64,000 nt of DNA from Candidatus Methanoperedenaceae archaeon (GCA_963753595.1 CAVWCX010000002.1:32001-96000), one strand, 5' to 3'; counted from the stretch's first letter, positions 50,200 through 60,865 are shown. A program made the numbers and translations. The notes: generated by a model from the letters alone, not told the origin.

Positions 50200-51972
50200 A
50201 TGAATGATTTTTATCCCGGGAAAGGAGCAGAAATGAAAAAGACAAGCCCGGATTCAAAAGATTATTTGCTCATTGTCGGTTTTTCCCTTAGCGTGTTCTA
50301 CCTGGTTTTTGAATCCTTTTTACATAGTTTCTGGAGTGGAAATACGTTTATGGAGGAGTTATTCCACCCAACCCGGGAGATACTGTTTATCCGGTCGTTT
50401 GTCGTATTTATTTTCATAGCGTTCACTTATTATTCCAGATATATTATCACTAAGACCAGGCGCATTGAAGAGGAAAAGAACCGCCTTCTTAAAGCTATAG
50501 CCAGCAGTACCGAAGGTATTACCATAGCCGATGAAAAAGACCGTTATCTATATGTAAACGCCGCTTATGCCGGAATATTCGGCTATAACCGGGAAGATTT
50601 TATTGGAGAAACATGGCGCAAAATCACCCCCACCGAAATAATACCAGAAACCAAAAAGGCCCTGGAAGGAACTTTGAAAAATAAGGAAATAGGTATATTC
50701 AAGGGGGAGGTCCCTGGTTTAAAGAAAGACGGGGGGATAATTCCTACGGAAGTCATTGCCACAGGGATCTGGGATGAGAATGGAAATTACACCGGTCATA
50801 TTTGTACAGTCAGGGATATTACCGAAAAAAAACAAACTGAAAATGATCTTAAAGAAAGCGAGAAAAAGTTCCGCACAATATTTGAAGGGACAGATGTCGG
50901 AATAGCGCTTTTCGATTGGAATGGACGGTTCATAGCGAACAATTCTGCGTTGCAAAAGATTTTAGGTTTTGGTTCAAAAGAGCTTAACTTTGAGCTGATC
51001 AACGAATTGACCCATCCGGAAGATCTCAAGGCTGATTTAGGATATTACAATGAAATGATGGCAGGGAAACGCGATGGTTACCAGATCGAAAAACGCTACA
51101 TCAGAAAAGATGGTATAATTATTTGGGGGTTGCTGACCGTTTCACTTGTTAAGGGAGATGATAAACCTCGATTCGTCATTTGCATGTTAAAAGATATCAC
51201 AGAACGTAAGAATGCAGAAGGAATTCGTCTTGAGAATGAGCGCCTGATGTATTCAAATAAAGCCAAGAACGAGTTCCTGGCACACATGAGCCATGAGCTG
51301 CGTACCCCTTTGACTTCCATTATCGGATTTTCCCAACTCCTCAAGCGCAGGATAAACGGGGGATTAAATACAAAACAGGAGCTTTATGTGGATAACGTTG
51401 TTGAAAGCGGAAAATTCCTGCTTGATCTTATAAACGATATTCTTGACCTTAGCAAGATAGAAGCCCAAAAGCTGGAACTTTTTATCGAACAAATATCTGT
51501 GGACGAAGTCATGGAAGAAACTTTTGCAATATTGAAGGAACAGGCGGTAAACCGTAATATAACAATGGTAATAAATATAGAACCCGGGCTGGATTTTATC
51601 CGGGCTGACAGGCAGAGATTAAAACAGGTGCTTTTTAACCTGTTAAGCAATGCTTTGAAATTCAGTAAAGAAGAGGGAGGAACAGTGACAGTATCAGTCA
51701 CAAAATCCGGGAACATGGCTCAATTTTCGGTATCGGATACAGGAATAGGCATAAAAGTTGATGACCTTGGTAAATTGTTCCGGAAATTTGAACAGCTTGA
51801 TTCGGGATACAATAGAAAGAGTGAGGGAACAGGACTCGGACTTGCGATTTCAAAACAGCTTGTAGAACTTCATGGCGGCAAGATCATGGCCAAGAGCAGG
51901 TATGGTGAAGGGAGTACATTCATATTTTCCATTCCGATAGAGACAATAACGAACCAGGGAACATCCACCTGA
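50200..51972 (+). CDS. Membrane PAS-PAS sensor histidine kinase
   Basis: Two TM, two PAS, MSHELRTPL, NLLSNALKF, DTGIGI, GTGLGL. Confidence 0.95.
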   Translation: MNDFYPGKGAEMKKTSPDSKDYLLIVGFSLSVFYLVFESFLHSFWSGNTFMEELFHPTREILFIRSFVVFIFIAFTYYSRYIITKTRRIEEEKNRLLKAIASSTEGITIADEKDRYLYVNAAYAGIFGYNREDFIGETWRKITPTEIIPETKKALEGTLKNKEIGIFKGEVPGLKKDGGIIPTEVIATGIWDENGNYTGHICTVRDITEKKQTENDLKESEKKFRTIFEGTDVGIALFDWNGRFIANNSALQKILGFGSKELNFELINELTHPEDLKADLGYYNEMMAGKRDGYQIEKRYIRKDGIIIWGLLTVSLVKGDDKPRFVICMLKDITERKNAEGIRLENERLMYSNKAKNEFLAHMSHELRTPLTSIIGFSQLLKRRINGGLNTKQELYVDNVVESGKFLLDLINDILDLSKIEAQKLELFIEQISVDEVMEETFAILKEQAVNRNITMVINIEPGLDFIRADRQRLKQVLFNLLSNALKFSKEEGGTVTVSVTKSGNMAQFSVSDTGIGIKVDDLGKLFRKFEQLDSGYNRKSEGTGLGLAISKQLVELHGGKIMAKSRYGEGSTFIFSIPIETITNQGTST

Positions 51973-52101
51973 AAATGCGCAATGCGCAAAAATCGCAGGG
52001 AAAAATATATGAAATTTTTCAGGACTACACAATATGAAATTTTGTTGGGAAAAGATAATTAATAAGTAATCCAATCTTATGTCAACTGTGAAGGTGATAT
52101 T

Positions 52102-52413
52102 ATTCAGGAGTACTCATTTAAAAGAGGTTTTTCCCCGGATATCGGGCGAATAAGAAGCGTGCTTGAGAAAAATTTTGAGACCGGGATCAAAGAGGATAAT
52201 GGCAAATTAACCATTGTTTATGGTGCTTTCAGCCGTTTAACTGTCTCTATTGATAATAAAAAACTGATCGTGGATTCAGAATCAAATAAAGTAATAAAAG
52301 ATGATGAAATTCTTGATACCAATAAGCGTTTCAGGATTTTTCTTGAAGAGGCAACGGGTTATACCGCTAAAGAAAGGCTCAAAATGGCAAAGAAAGCAGT
52401 TCAGGGAGTTTGA
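52102..52413 (+). CDS. DUF5611-like protein (probable ATT start)
   Basis: (M)QEYSFKRGF...FLEEATGYTAKER; SD GAAGGTGAT. Confidence 0.75.
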   Translation: MQEYSFKRGFSPDIGRIRSVLEKNFETGIKEDNGKLTIVYGAFSRLTVSIDNKKLIVDSESNKVIKDDEILDTNKRFRIFLEEATGYTAKERLKMAKKAVQGV

Positions 52414-52913
52414 ATTTGCAGGATGTCCTCAGGAGGCCTGATATTCCTGCCTGCCTCAGGATATGCGCAGGCACGGATGGTTCGGTCACACAGCTTCTTG
52501 AGGTACTGACTGGAAAAAGCGTAAAAGTTGAAACGATTTCCCAGGGTGTTATTAAGGCAACAAGGGATATTGCCAGGCTTCTTGATATTGGAACCGGGGA
52601 AGATGTCAATGACCGTCTTGTTACATTGAAGGTCGATGACATCGTTTATGTCCTGGCGAAGTCCCTTTCGCCTATTAACAGGATTCCAGAGGCTGTCAGG
52701 GCCGACCTGATGCGGGCTGATATTCCTATAGGAAGGATATTGCGTGAGCATAAACTTGAGACCAGGCGCGATATTCTTAAAATGGAAATAGTGCACAGGG
52801 ATTTTTTCGGACAACTGCCTGTTCTTTCAAGGGAGTATAAAATAATATATGAAAATGCTGTGCTGATGTGGATAAATGAATGTTTTCCGGTAGACGGACG
52901 ATGGAAAATGTGA
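52410..52913 (+). CDS. Chorismate lyase-like (DUF98/UTRA-fold) protein
   Basis: TDGSVT.LLE, ADIPIGRIL, E.F. Confidence 0.85.
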   Translation: MNLQDVLRRPDIPACLRICAGTDGSVTQLLEVLTGKSVKVETISQGVIKATRDIARLLDIGTGEDVNDRLVTLKVDDIVYVLAKSLSPINRIPEAVRADLMRADIPIGRILREHKLETRRDILKMEIVHRDFFGQLPVLSREYKIIYENAVLMWINECFPVDGRWKM

Positions 52914-53057
52914 ACGGTTCGATTTTCATTTTTTGAGGCGAAAGCCTTTATTTTTAACATAATTATTTTACCGTTGGTTTTTTAAACTTTTAGTATAATC
53001 ATGCACCCAATGCAAAAATAAGGCTTATTGCATTAAATTAAAATTGCAGGAAGTATT

Positions 53058-53339
53058 ATGATCACTAAAAAAGACCTTGAGCATATTGGGTGGCTTGCAC
53101 GCATTGAATTAAGTGAAGAAGACAAGGAAAAATATACACCAAAGCTCAACTCTGTTCTTGATTATTTCGGGGAGCTTGATAAAGCGGATACCGAAGGTGT
53201 GGAACCTTTATATCATGCAATGCCTGTGAGCAATGTTTTCAGGGAAGATGTTCCCACAGCATCGCTGTCGCAGGAAGAAGCGCTTTCCAACGCCCCGAAG
53301 AACCAGGATGGTTTCATAAAGGCACCAAGGATGATGTAA
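53058..53339 (+). CDS. gatC: Asp/Glu-tRNA amidotransferase subunit C
   Basis: LARI.L, NVFRED, NAP....GF..AP. Confidence 0.95.
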   Translation: MITKKDLEHIGWLARIELSEEDKEKYTPKLNSVLDYFGELDKADTEGVEPLYHAMPVSNVFREDVPTASLSQEEALSNAPKNQDGFIKAPRMM

Positions 53340-54758
53340 ATGGCATCGATCAATGAACTCACAGAAAGGATCCATGCCGATTCCTCGGAGGAAATCGTTG
53401 CCGAATACCTGGAAAGGATCGAAAAAAGCAAATTGAATGCTTTTATCTCGGTAGCAAAAGAAAGCGCACTTTTGCGTGCCAGGGAGATCGATTCGAATGG
53501 ACATGACGGGCCGCTTGCCGGAATACCAGTAGCGATAAAAGACAATATTTCGACAAAAGGTATCGCGACCACATGCGCTTCAAAGATACTGACAGGTTAT
53601 ATCCCTCCTTATGATGCCCATGTTATTGAAAAACTGAAAAATGCCGGCGCGATCATAATCGGAAAGGCGAACATGGATGAATTCGCAATGGGCTCATCCA
53701 CAGAGACAAGCTTCTACGGCCCGACCCTTAATCCATGGGACACGACAAGAGTCCCTGGCGGCTCATCTGGCGGAAGCGCCGCGGCAGTGGCGGGAGGCGA
53801 AGCGCCACTTTCTCTTGGTTCGGATACCGGCGGCTCAGTCCGATGTCCTGCATCGTTTTGCGGTGTTGTGGGGTTAAAACCAACTTACGGGGTTATATCG
53901 CGCTACGGACTTATTTCATATGCCAACTCGCTTGAGCAGATAGGGCCTTTTGCAGCAAGCGTTCGTGATGTTACTACACTTTTTGATGTAATTTCAGGCT
54001 ATGATCCCCGCGATTCCACATCTTTTGACAGGGAAACAAATTATTCATCAGCCCTCATAAACGATGTAAAGGGATTGAAAATTGGCGTTCCTGAAGAATA
54101 TTTCGCAGAGGGGACAGATAAGAACGTTGAAAAGTCGGTAAGGGATGCCATCAATACCCTGGAAGAGCTCGGCGCGACAAGTGTTGAGGTAAAGATGCCG
54201 CATACAAAATATGCACTTTCTGCTTACTATGTTATTGCCATGAGTGAAGCATCCTCTAACCTTGCCAGGTTTGACGGAATGAGATACGGCCTCCGGACCG
54301 AAGATTCGGACTGGCATACCACTTTCTCACAGGTAAGGTCAGCAGGCTTTGGCGATGAGGTCAAGCGGCGCATCCTGCTGGGGACATACGCCCTTTCGGC
54401 AGGGTATCATGATAAATATTACTTAAAAGCCCTGAAGATCAGGACCCTTATAAAACAGGACTTTGAGCAGGCATTCGAGGATGTGGATGTTCTCATTACG
54501 CCTACTATGCCGTATCCGGCATTCAAGATCGGTGAAAAGATCGATGATCCTGTGTCGCTTTATCTTGCTGATGTTGATACTGTGCCAATAAATCTTGCAG
54601 GTGTTCCTTCCATATCATTGCCATGCGGCTTTTCAGGAGGCTTACCAATCGGGATGCAGGTGATAGGGAAGCATTTTGATGAAGCTGCAATTTTACGCAC
54701 AGCTTTTGCATTTGAAGAGAATACGGATTTCCACACAAAGGAACCGGAGGGAAAGTAA
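53340..54758 (+). CDS. gatA: Asp/Glu-tRNA amidotransferase subunit A
   Basis: KDNI, GGSSGGS, GSDTGGSVR.PA, RRILLGT. Confidence 0.97.
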   Translation: MASINELTERIHADSSEEIVAEYLERIEKSKLNAFISVAKESALLRAREIDSNGHDGPLAGIPVAIKDNISTKGIATTCASKILTGYIPPYDAHVIEKLKNAGAIIIGKANMDEFAMGSSTETSFYGPTLNPWDTTRVPGGSSGGSAAAVAGGEAPLSLGSDTGGSVRCPASFCGVVGLKPTYGVISRYGLISYANSLEQIGPFAASVRDVTTLFDVISGYDPRDSTSFDRETNYSSALINDVKGLKIGVPEEYFAEGTDKNVEKSVRDAINTLEELGATSVEVKMPHTKYALSAYYVIAMSEASSNLARFDGMRYGLRTEDSDWHTTFSQVRSAGFGDEVKRRILLGTYALSAGYHDKYYLKALKIRTLIKQDFEQAFEDVDVLITPTMPYPAFKIGEKIDDPVSLYLADVDTVPINLAGVPSISLPCGFSGGLPIGMQVIGKHFDEAAILRTAFAFEENTDFHTKEPEGK

Positions 54759-56302
54759 TGTACGAGAATCCTGATGGCGTAATGATAGGGCTTGAAGTTC
54801 ACGTCCAGTTGAACAAGCTGAAAACAAAGGTGTTCTGCGGATGCAGCACCGACTACCATAACGATCCGCCTAACTCGCATGTGTGTCCCGTATGTCTCGG
54901 ACTTCCCGGATCACTGCCTGTCATCAACAGGAAAGCAGTTGAATCAGCCATAAAAATCGGGCTTGCCCTTAATTGCGCAGTAGAAGAGCACACACAGTTT
55001 TACAGGAAGAATTATTATTATCCTGATCTTCCAAAAGGCTTCCAGATAACCCAGTATGATTTTCCCATTTCAAGCGGCGGCTACATCATGATCGAGGGTG
55101 AAGATGGAGAACACAGGGTGGGAATAACACGGGCTCATATGGAAGAAGATCCGGGAAGGCTTGTGCATGAAGGAACGATCGATAAATCAAAATATACGCT
55201 TATCGATTACAACCGTTCAGGTATGGCGCTGATCGAGATAGTAAGCGATCCCGATATGCGAAGCCCGAAAGAGGCGCGCCGGTATCTCGACAAACTGCGA
55301 AACATCCTTGAATATCTTGATATTTTCGACGGGGATCTTGAAGGCGCGCTCCGTGTGGATGCGAACATTTCCATCATGGGCGGCCAGCGTGCCGAGATAA
55401 AGAACATCTCATCGCACAAGGGCGCAGAACGCGCTCTCCTGTTTGAGATCGTGCGCCAGAAGAACGTGCTCAGGAGGGGCGGCGTGGTAGTCCAGGAGAC
55501 GCGCCACTTTGACGAGGCGCGCGAAATTACGCTTTCCATGCGTTCCAAGGAAGAAGCACATGATTACCGCTATTTCCCCGAACCCGATCTTGTCCCTCTT
55601 AAGATTTCAGGCTGGGCGCCGGCCATCAAGGCAACGCTGCCTGAGCTTCCCGATGCAAGAAGGATGAGGTTTGTGCAGGAATATGGTATCATGGATGACC
55701 ATGCCAAAGCGCTGACGTCGGAATTGAAGCTTGCAATATTTTATGAAGATGTTGTCGCGGAAAAAGCTGATCCAAAGACAGCGGCGGTCTGGATATGCGA
55801 TGTACTTAAAGGGGAACTGAATTATCGCGACCTGACGATTGATTCTTTTAAGAAAGAGGATATGATCGAGATAATAAAAATGCTTAAGGATAAGCTAATT
55901 ACTGAGGATGGCGCGGTTGATTTAATTAGGATGATTCTTGATAAAGGTGGCTCGCCTAAGGAAATTGTTTTGAGAGAAAGAGACACCTTTTTAAGGATTG
56001 ATGAGGGTTCTAGTGGTTTTGTTGAAGAACAAGCGAATCAGGCGATAAATGAGAACCCGCAGGCTGTGTCTGATTATAAAGCAGGGAAGGTAAAAGCCCT
56101 TAACTCACTCGTCGGCGCGGTCATGAAGAAGACGAAGGGAAGGGTGGATGCGAGGGCGGCGAGGGATATTCTAATAAATATTTTAAGTGGTGGATTTTAC
56201 CCACCCTTAGAAGAAAAAATAAAAAAGAAAAGTATCAAAATAGGCAACGAAACGATAGAAGTATCTGAACCGATAGCAAAATTGCTGGAGAAAAAGGAGT
56301 AA
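54758..56302 (+). CDS. gatB: Asp/Glu-tRNA amidotransferase subunit B
   Basis: IGLEVHVQL, RKNYYYPDLPK, DYNRSG, DYRYFPEPDL. Confidence 0.97.
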   Translation: MYENPDGVMIGLEVHVQLNKLKTKVFCGCSTDYHNDPPNSHVCPVCLGLPGSLPVINRKAVESAIKIGLALNCAVEEHTQFYRKNYYYPDLPKGFQITQYDFPISSGGYIMIEGEDGEHRVGITRAHMEEDPGRLVHEGTIDKSKYTLIDYNRSGMALIEIVSDPDMRSPKEARRYLDKLRNILEYLDIFDGDLEGALRVDANISIMGGQRAEIKNISSHKGAERALLFEIVRQKNVLRRGGVVVQETRHFDEAREITLSMRSKEEAHDYRYFPEPDLVPLKISGWAPAIKATLPELPDARRMRFVQEYGIMDDHAKALTSELKLAIFYEDVVAEKADPKTAAVWICDVLKGELNYRDLTIDSFKKEDMIEIIKMLKDKLITEDGAVDLIRMILDKGGSPKEIVLRERDTFLRIDEGSSGFVEEQANQAINENPQAVSDYKAGKVKALNSLVGAVMKKTKGRVDARAARDILINILSGGFYPPLEEKIKKKSIKIGNETIEVSEPIAKLLEKKE

Positions 56303-56470
56303 TATCGTTCAGATAAATATTTTTTTAGCTCGCTCGGAGTAACCGCTTTTTTCTCAACACCAAGAATTATTATATAATTTTTATTATTCCAAGTAATAAG
56401 CCCTGTCCCCATCTCATGAACAAAAATAGTAACGATAGCCACATCATAATATTCGATCGGATGCCTCTCC
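56303..56470 (-). pseudogene. Decayed partial paralog of the adjacent PIN toxin gene
   Basis: PIEYYDVAIVTIFVHEMG...GVEKKAVTPSE aligns with PIEYQDVAIAATFVREKG...GVEKVAITPAE. Confidence 0.7.
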
Positions 56471-56524
56471 TCTGTAACTCCCGCTGCCAAATCCTCCAAT
56501 TCGCCAACGACTCCGCCGAAGAAA

Positions 56525-56953
56525 TCATATTTTCTTCTTAAACTCAGCCGGAGTTATTGCTACTTTCTCCACACCGGGAATTATATCAAAATGCTTCTTA
56601 TTCCCGGTAAGCAGCCAGTCCCCCTTCTCACGAACAAAAGTAGCAGCGATAGCCACGTCCTGATACTCAATTGGAAGACCGTTTGCTATAAGGTAAGCAT
56701 TCAGCTTTCCTATAATTTCGGCAATTTCCATATCAAGAGGTACGATCTGGAAACATGCAAAAAGTTCTTTTGCTTTTTTCGTGGCTTTTTTATAGTCTGT
56801 CCTGAGATATGTCCCTGTAAATATCTCAGATTCAACGACAAAGCTTATCAGAATAGAATTATTTTGTTCAATCAGATGGTCAAGTAATCCTGCTGTTTCT
56901 TCTTTTCCTCTTTCAATATCCACGATTACACTGGTGTCTATGAAAATTTTCAT
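56525..56953 (-). CDS. vapC: VapC PIN-domain toxin
   Basis: IFIDTSVIVD, DVAIAA, LLT.NKKHF. Confidence 0.9.
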   Translation of the reverse strand: MKIFIDTSVIVDIERGKEETAGLLDHLIEQNNSILISFVVESEIFTGTYLRTDYKKATKKAKELFACFQIVPLDMEIAEIIGKLNAYLIANGLPIEYQDVAIAATFVREKGDWLLTGNKKHFDIIPGVEKVAITPAEFKKKI

Positions 56954-57195
56954 TGTAAAATACCAAGGGTCTTAAGTCTCTCCCTGGAATCTTTTCTCAT
57001 TTTTGCACGCACAGTATCGAAATCCTGTGGTAGAAAGTCGCGGAACTCCTTTATTTTTGGTAAATTTTTTCTAACTATGATCTTTTCATTATTCAGGGAC
57101 ATATCAACACTATCCCCTTCCCTGATCCCCAGCGCTTCCCTTATTTTTTTGGGGATGGTTATTTGTGCATGTCTTGTAACTGTAACGGTTGTCAT
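56950..57195 (-). CDS. AbrB/MazE/SpoVT antitoxin
   Basis: QITIPKKIREALGIREGD; ATGA overlap with the PIN gene. Confidence 0.9.
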   Translation of the reverse strand: MTTVTVTRHAQITIPKKIREALGIREGDSVDMSLNNEKIIVRKNLPKIKEFRDFLPQDFDTVRAKMRKDSRERLKTLGILQ

Positions 57196-57292
57196 AAATA
57201 TTAGTATGAATCGGTAGTATTTAATATTTACTAATAATTTGTAGTAATAATATCCAATTCTCACCGCCTTTTGCGAACACAGGAAGGAAATC

Positions 57293-59448
57293 TCAAACTT
57301 CCCATCTCCCCAATTCAGCCTGCATATTCCTGCGCATTACCCCATCCAGTACACTTTCTGTATATCCAAAAGGCAAAAGCAAACTCCCGGCAGCGCGGGC
57401 AACGAACTCATAGTACTTGTCCCTGTCATACTGCGTGCTCTCATCCACAAGCTCTGCAATTTTAACGCGCTTTGTGCAGCTTTTCGATGCGTGGTCTGTG
57501 AGCACGTATCTGATACTCTGCCCGGGCTGGATCGTTATACCTTCTTTCTGGAACTGCCGTATCGCCGCAGTATTATTGTTTGACTGCCTGTAATCCTGGA
57601 GGCTTCTGGATATACGGGCAGTAAGTATCATATCCTCGATCCTGCAATCACCCGCAAGCACCCGCTTTGAATATTCCCGCAATATATCAAGAGCATCCGG
57701 TATCCTACGATAAAACCCTTCGGCATCGTCAGCGCGGCAAAGGCACGACAGCATCTCCTCCTGCATACGTATTATGAGCGCCGGCGTGTCACTTCGCCTC
57801 AGCTCTATGCCCCGCACCTTCAATTTTCCGTTAGTCATCACCCCATAGTAGCGATTCAGGGCTCCTGAGCCATTTGACCTGTTCGGCGGAATACTATCCA
57901 CTTAAATACGCCCTTGTGCTCAAGCGTGATCCCTATGCGCTCACTTGCGCGCCTGCAAAGCCCGGCCGGGTCCTTCCCCTTCACCCACAGGCTGTCCACT
58001 ATCCCGTGAAGTACTTCAAATCCCAGCTCTTCGGCCAGGTCAATGGTTTTTAGAAGGATTTCCCTGCCGAATGCAGTTATTGATTCGTGGCATTCTATCC
58101 TTCCGAATCGCGCCTTGTTATAACCCATATAGCCAAAGCTTGTGACAAGCAGCCATTTGAGAAGGTTCTGCTTCTTCTCATATTCTTCTGCCCTGTCCGG
58201 AAATTCTGTGATCCTTTTTTTGAATTCCATGCGCCTCTCTATGAGGGGTTTTAGTACCCGCGGTATGAGACCGAGCCTTTTTTCGCAGATGTTATAACCA
58301 GTAAAAGGCACCCTTTGTTTCGAATCACGGCAGCATCCGCAAAGCACAGTTTCAGGCGATATATTGTGGTTTACCATTATGTTCGGGAAAAGGGAGGCAA
58401 AATCAAGTTCTGCGGCATTTTCATGCAGCCCCACACGCGGTTCTATCACAAGCGCGCCCCTGTCTGCGACCATGAGTTCAAGCGCAGTCTTCCAGTTCTC
58501 GGCAAGGTTTCGTTTCCATGGAACAAGCACGCCATCTTTTTGTGCCTGGTTGACCTGCAATGTGTTCACAGCGCTTCCCGGGCTTAAGCGCGAAAGTTCC
58601 TGCATGGGGATACCGGTGATCCGTGCAAGGTCGATAAGTCCCGGAAGGCCGCCTTCTTTGAACATGAACATAGAGCGGTCAAGGTGCAGCCTGCCTGAAA
58701 GGATATATCCCTGCGGCTTGTAGAATATCCTTCCGTAGCTGAAGTACGACGTGGCTTTTTTCGGGTATTTGTCTTTTATGCGTCCAAGCTGCAGAGGAAT
58801 ACCGTATTTTCCTGCCCTGTGATAAAGATACGGAAAGTCAAAGCTGTCTCCGCCGTTTGTTGTGATGATATCCGGGTCTTCTTTTGCAATAAGTCCTGAA
58901 ATATTGCAAAGCAACTCAAATTCACTTCCCTCGAGCATGTTTTCTCCTAATGTGATGCTTCCCACAGGTTCATCCATTGTGATGATACCGTGCTTTCTTT
59001 TCGGTTTTACGGATAATTCTATGATCTTAAGATCCGGGATCGTGTAATCCATCGAATAATGGTCAGCCATATGGTCACCTATATCGAGATTTGCCATTGG
59101 GAACATGTTTTTTGAATGAAGATATTGCCTCGCAGGGTTAAGATCTATGTTGTAAAGCATGCATCCGCGTTCATCAAGCATCCGTGCTATTTCATAAATT
59201 ATTTCGGCGTTCTTGACCTTCACTGCAATAATGGGCCCTGAAGATCCCGATAGATGCGTTTTTTTATTATCAAGGCAAGCTGAAATAACTCCGGGAAGCG
59301 TGGATATCAGTGATTTAAGTTCAGGATTTCCTGCGATATAAATTTCCGGATAGTAAATCTCAGTAACAGGCAGGCATGTGTCATTCTTTTTTATCCAGCA
59401 TGTTATTGAGCTGTCCTCGTTGTCGTACTGTACATCCAGAAGATGCAT
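57293..59448 (-). CDS. polB2: Family B DNA polymerase, PolB2 group; 1-nt frameshift near 57887
   Basis: DFASLFPNIM, KWLLVTSFGY, HGIVDSLW, then NRYYG...K.RGIELRRSD in the next frame. Confidence 0.85.
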
Positions 59449-59686
59449 TTAATGCCTCCTGCATATGTTTAATCTCCTTTTGCTGCTCGATCAGTATTGA
59501 CAGGAACATCGAATCCATGGGGTCAAGCATCGGGGTGACGGTTGATGAGGAGGAATGTTTTCTTGCCATGTTCATTATGATATCGAATGCGCCCCTGTCT
59601 TCTCCACGAAGAGCCCTCCTAAAGGTAGCAAGATCAAGGACGATGCTTTCAAGCAGCACCCTGAAGCTTGGCACAGTCCTGCCCAT
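59381..59686 (-). CDS. Small PolB2-associated helical protein (arCOG07300-like)
   Basis: MGRTVPSFR...FRRALR..DR..FD; GGAGGTG SD; overlaps the polB2 start. Confidence 0.8.
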   Translation of the reverse strand: MGRTVPSFRVLLESIVLDLATFRRALRGEDRGAFDIIMNMARKHSSSSTVTPMLDPMDSMFLSILIEQQKEIKHMQEALNASSGCTVRQRGQLNNMLDKKE

Positions 59687-60320
59687 TCATTTCACCTCCG
59701 AAAAAATCAATAAACCTGGTCTGTCCGGGCGGAACTGTTACATGCTCAAACAAATTATCGCCGTCATGCACTTTTATAAGGGTTTTTTTCTCATATATCC
59801 TGATAACCCGGTCAGCAGTTCCGGCTACCATCCGGTCTCCCCACCATACGCCACCAAAGCTTGTCACTACTGTAACAATACCTAAAGACTGTGTAATTTC
59901 TTTCAGGCTTTTGAGAATGGAGCCGAATAACTTTTTCCCATCTTCTGTTGAAAAAAAATTAGATAAGTATAAAAAAGCAACAAGCGATGGTTTCCATCTG
60001 CTAACAGCTTCACGCAGTCCGTTAATGATCTCATCCACCTGATACTCGGTGAATGCGCGGGCGACATGGATACGTGAGAGCGTTTGTCGTGGTTTGTAAC
60101 CCATGAATTTCACGGCTCTTGAAATTGCATAAGGGTTGAAGCTGTTTCCCCCGTCCACAACTATGACATCCTGTCCCCTGCACGCGGCTCGGGCGCACAG
60201 GTTGAACAAAGCATCAGGGACAAGCGCTGATGTCCCCTCAATGACCGTGAGGCATGAGGGTTTAAAGCCCGATGGGTCAATACAACCGCATATCAATGGA
60301 TTTGTTTGTGATGCACACAT
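59649..60320 (-). CDS. Degenerate RecA/RadA-fold protein associated with PolB2
   Basis: VVDGGNSFNPY.I, I.VARAFT.YQ; no intact Walker A. Confidence 0.78.
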   Translation of the reverse strand: MCASQTNPLICGCIDPSGFKPSCLTVIEGTSALVPDALFNLCARAACRGQDVIVVDGGNSFNPYAISRAVKFMGYKPRQTLSRIHVARAFTEYQVDEIINGLREAVSRWKPSLVAFLYLSNFFSTEDGKKLFGSILKSLKEITQSLGIVTVVTSFGGVWWGDRMVAGTADRVIRIYEKKTLIKVHDGDNLFEHVTVPPGQTRFIDFFGGEMNGQDCAKLQGAA

Positions 60321-60650
60321 ATTTTCACCAGTTTGGGAAATAGAAGTCTGTTTTCAAGGTATAATAGAAAGAGCAAAGAGCAGGGTGAAAGTGTCTGTGA
60401 ATGCGTGACGGGATTGTTTGTGGAACACATCCCCCCAGGAAGTTAATAAGTGCCCGCTCATCAACATTTTCAAGCTCATAAATGCCCAGACGGGGGGATC
60501 ATTCCATTCTTTACTTATATTACGATACACAGGGCACAATAGAAAGAAAATTCAACACCGTTATTAAAAGTAAGAGCTGCATTCATACTGGCATTGAACA
60601 TTTTGTGGGCTGTGGGACAAAATTGAAAGACACACCCCACATTTGAACCA

Positions 60651-60812
60651 TCAGTCCTTTAGAACAATAACAAAAACTCTTTTACCTATGTCCTTTTTTT
60701 GTGCATCTATCTTGGCACCATTTCCATAAGGTGTAACTTTTTTCTCATAAATCTCTTCAACATTATCTTTAATTATCACTTTTCCACCTGAAACAGCTTT
60801 AACTTCTCTCAT
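60651..60812 (-). CDS. DUF2080-like transposon-associated small protein
   Basis: KVTPYGNGAKID..K..IGKRV.VIV, inside the TIRs. Confidence 0.8.
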   Translation of the reverse strand: MREVKAVSGGKVIIKDNVEEIYEKKVTPYGNGAKIDAQKKDIGKRVFVIVLKD

Positions 60813-60865
60813 GTTATAGTATATACATGTAAACACTTATATACTTTGCGGTACATTGGGGGGTT

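Noticed and set aside
56303-56690. PIN gene 3' region and its nearby diverged copy as a DGR template/variable repeat pair
   Set aside because: Manual alignment shows many C>T, G>A and synonymous changes rather than adenine-specific ones, and there is no reverse transcriptase in the window. It fits a decayed paralog.
57856-57901. Naturally split two-subunit PolB or programmed frameshift
   Set aside because: Restoring one T gives continuous WIVFLPNRSNG; there is no slippery site, and similar indels occur in other genes here.
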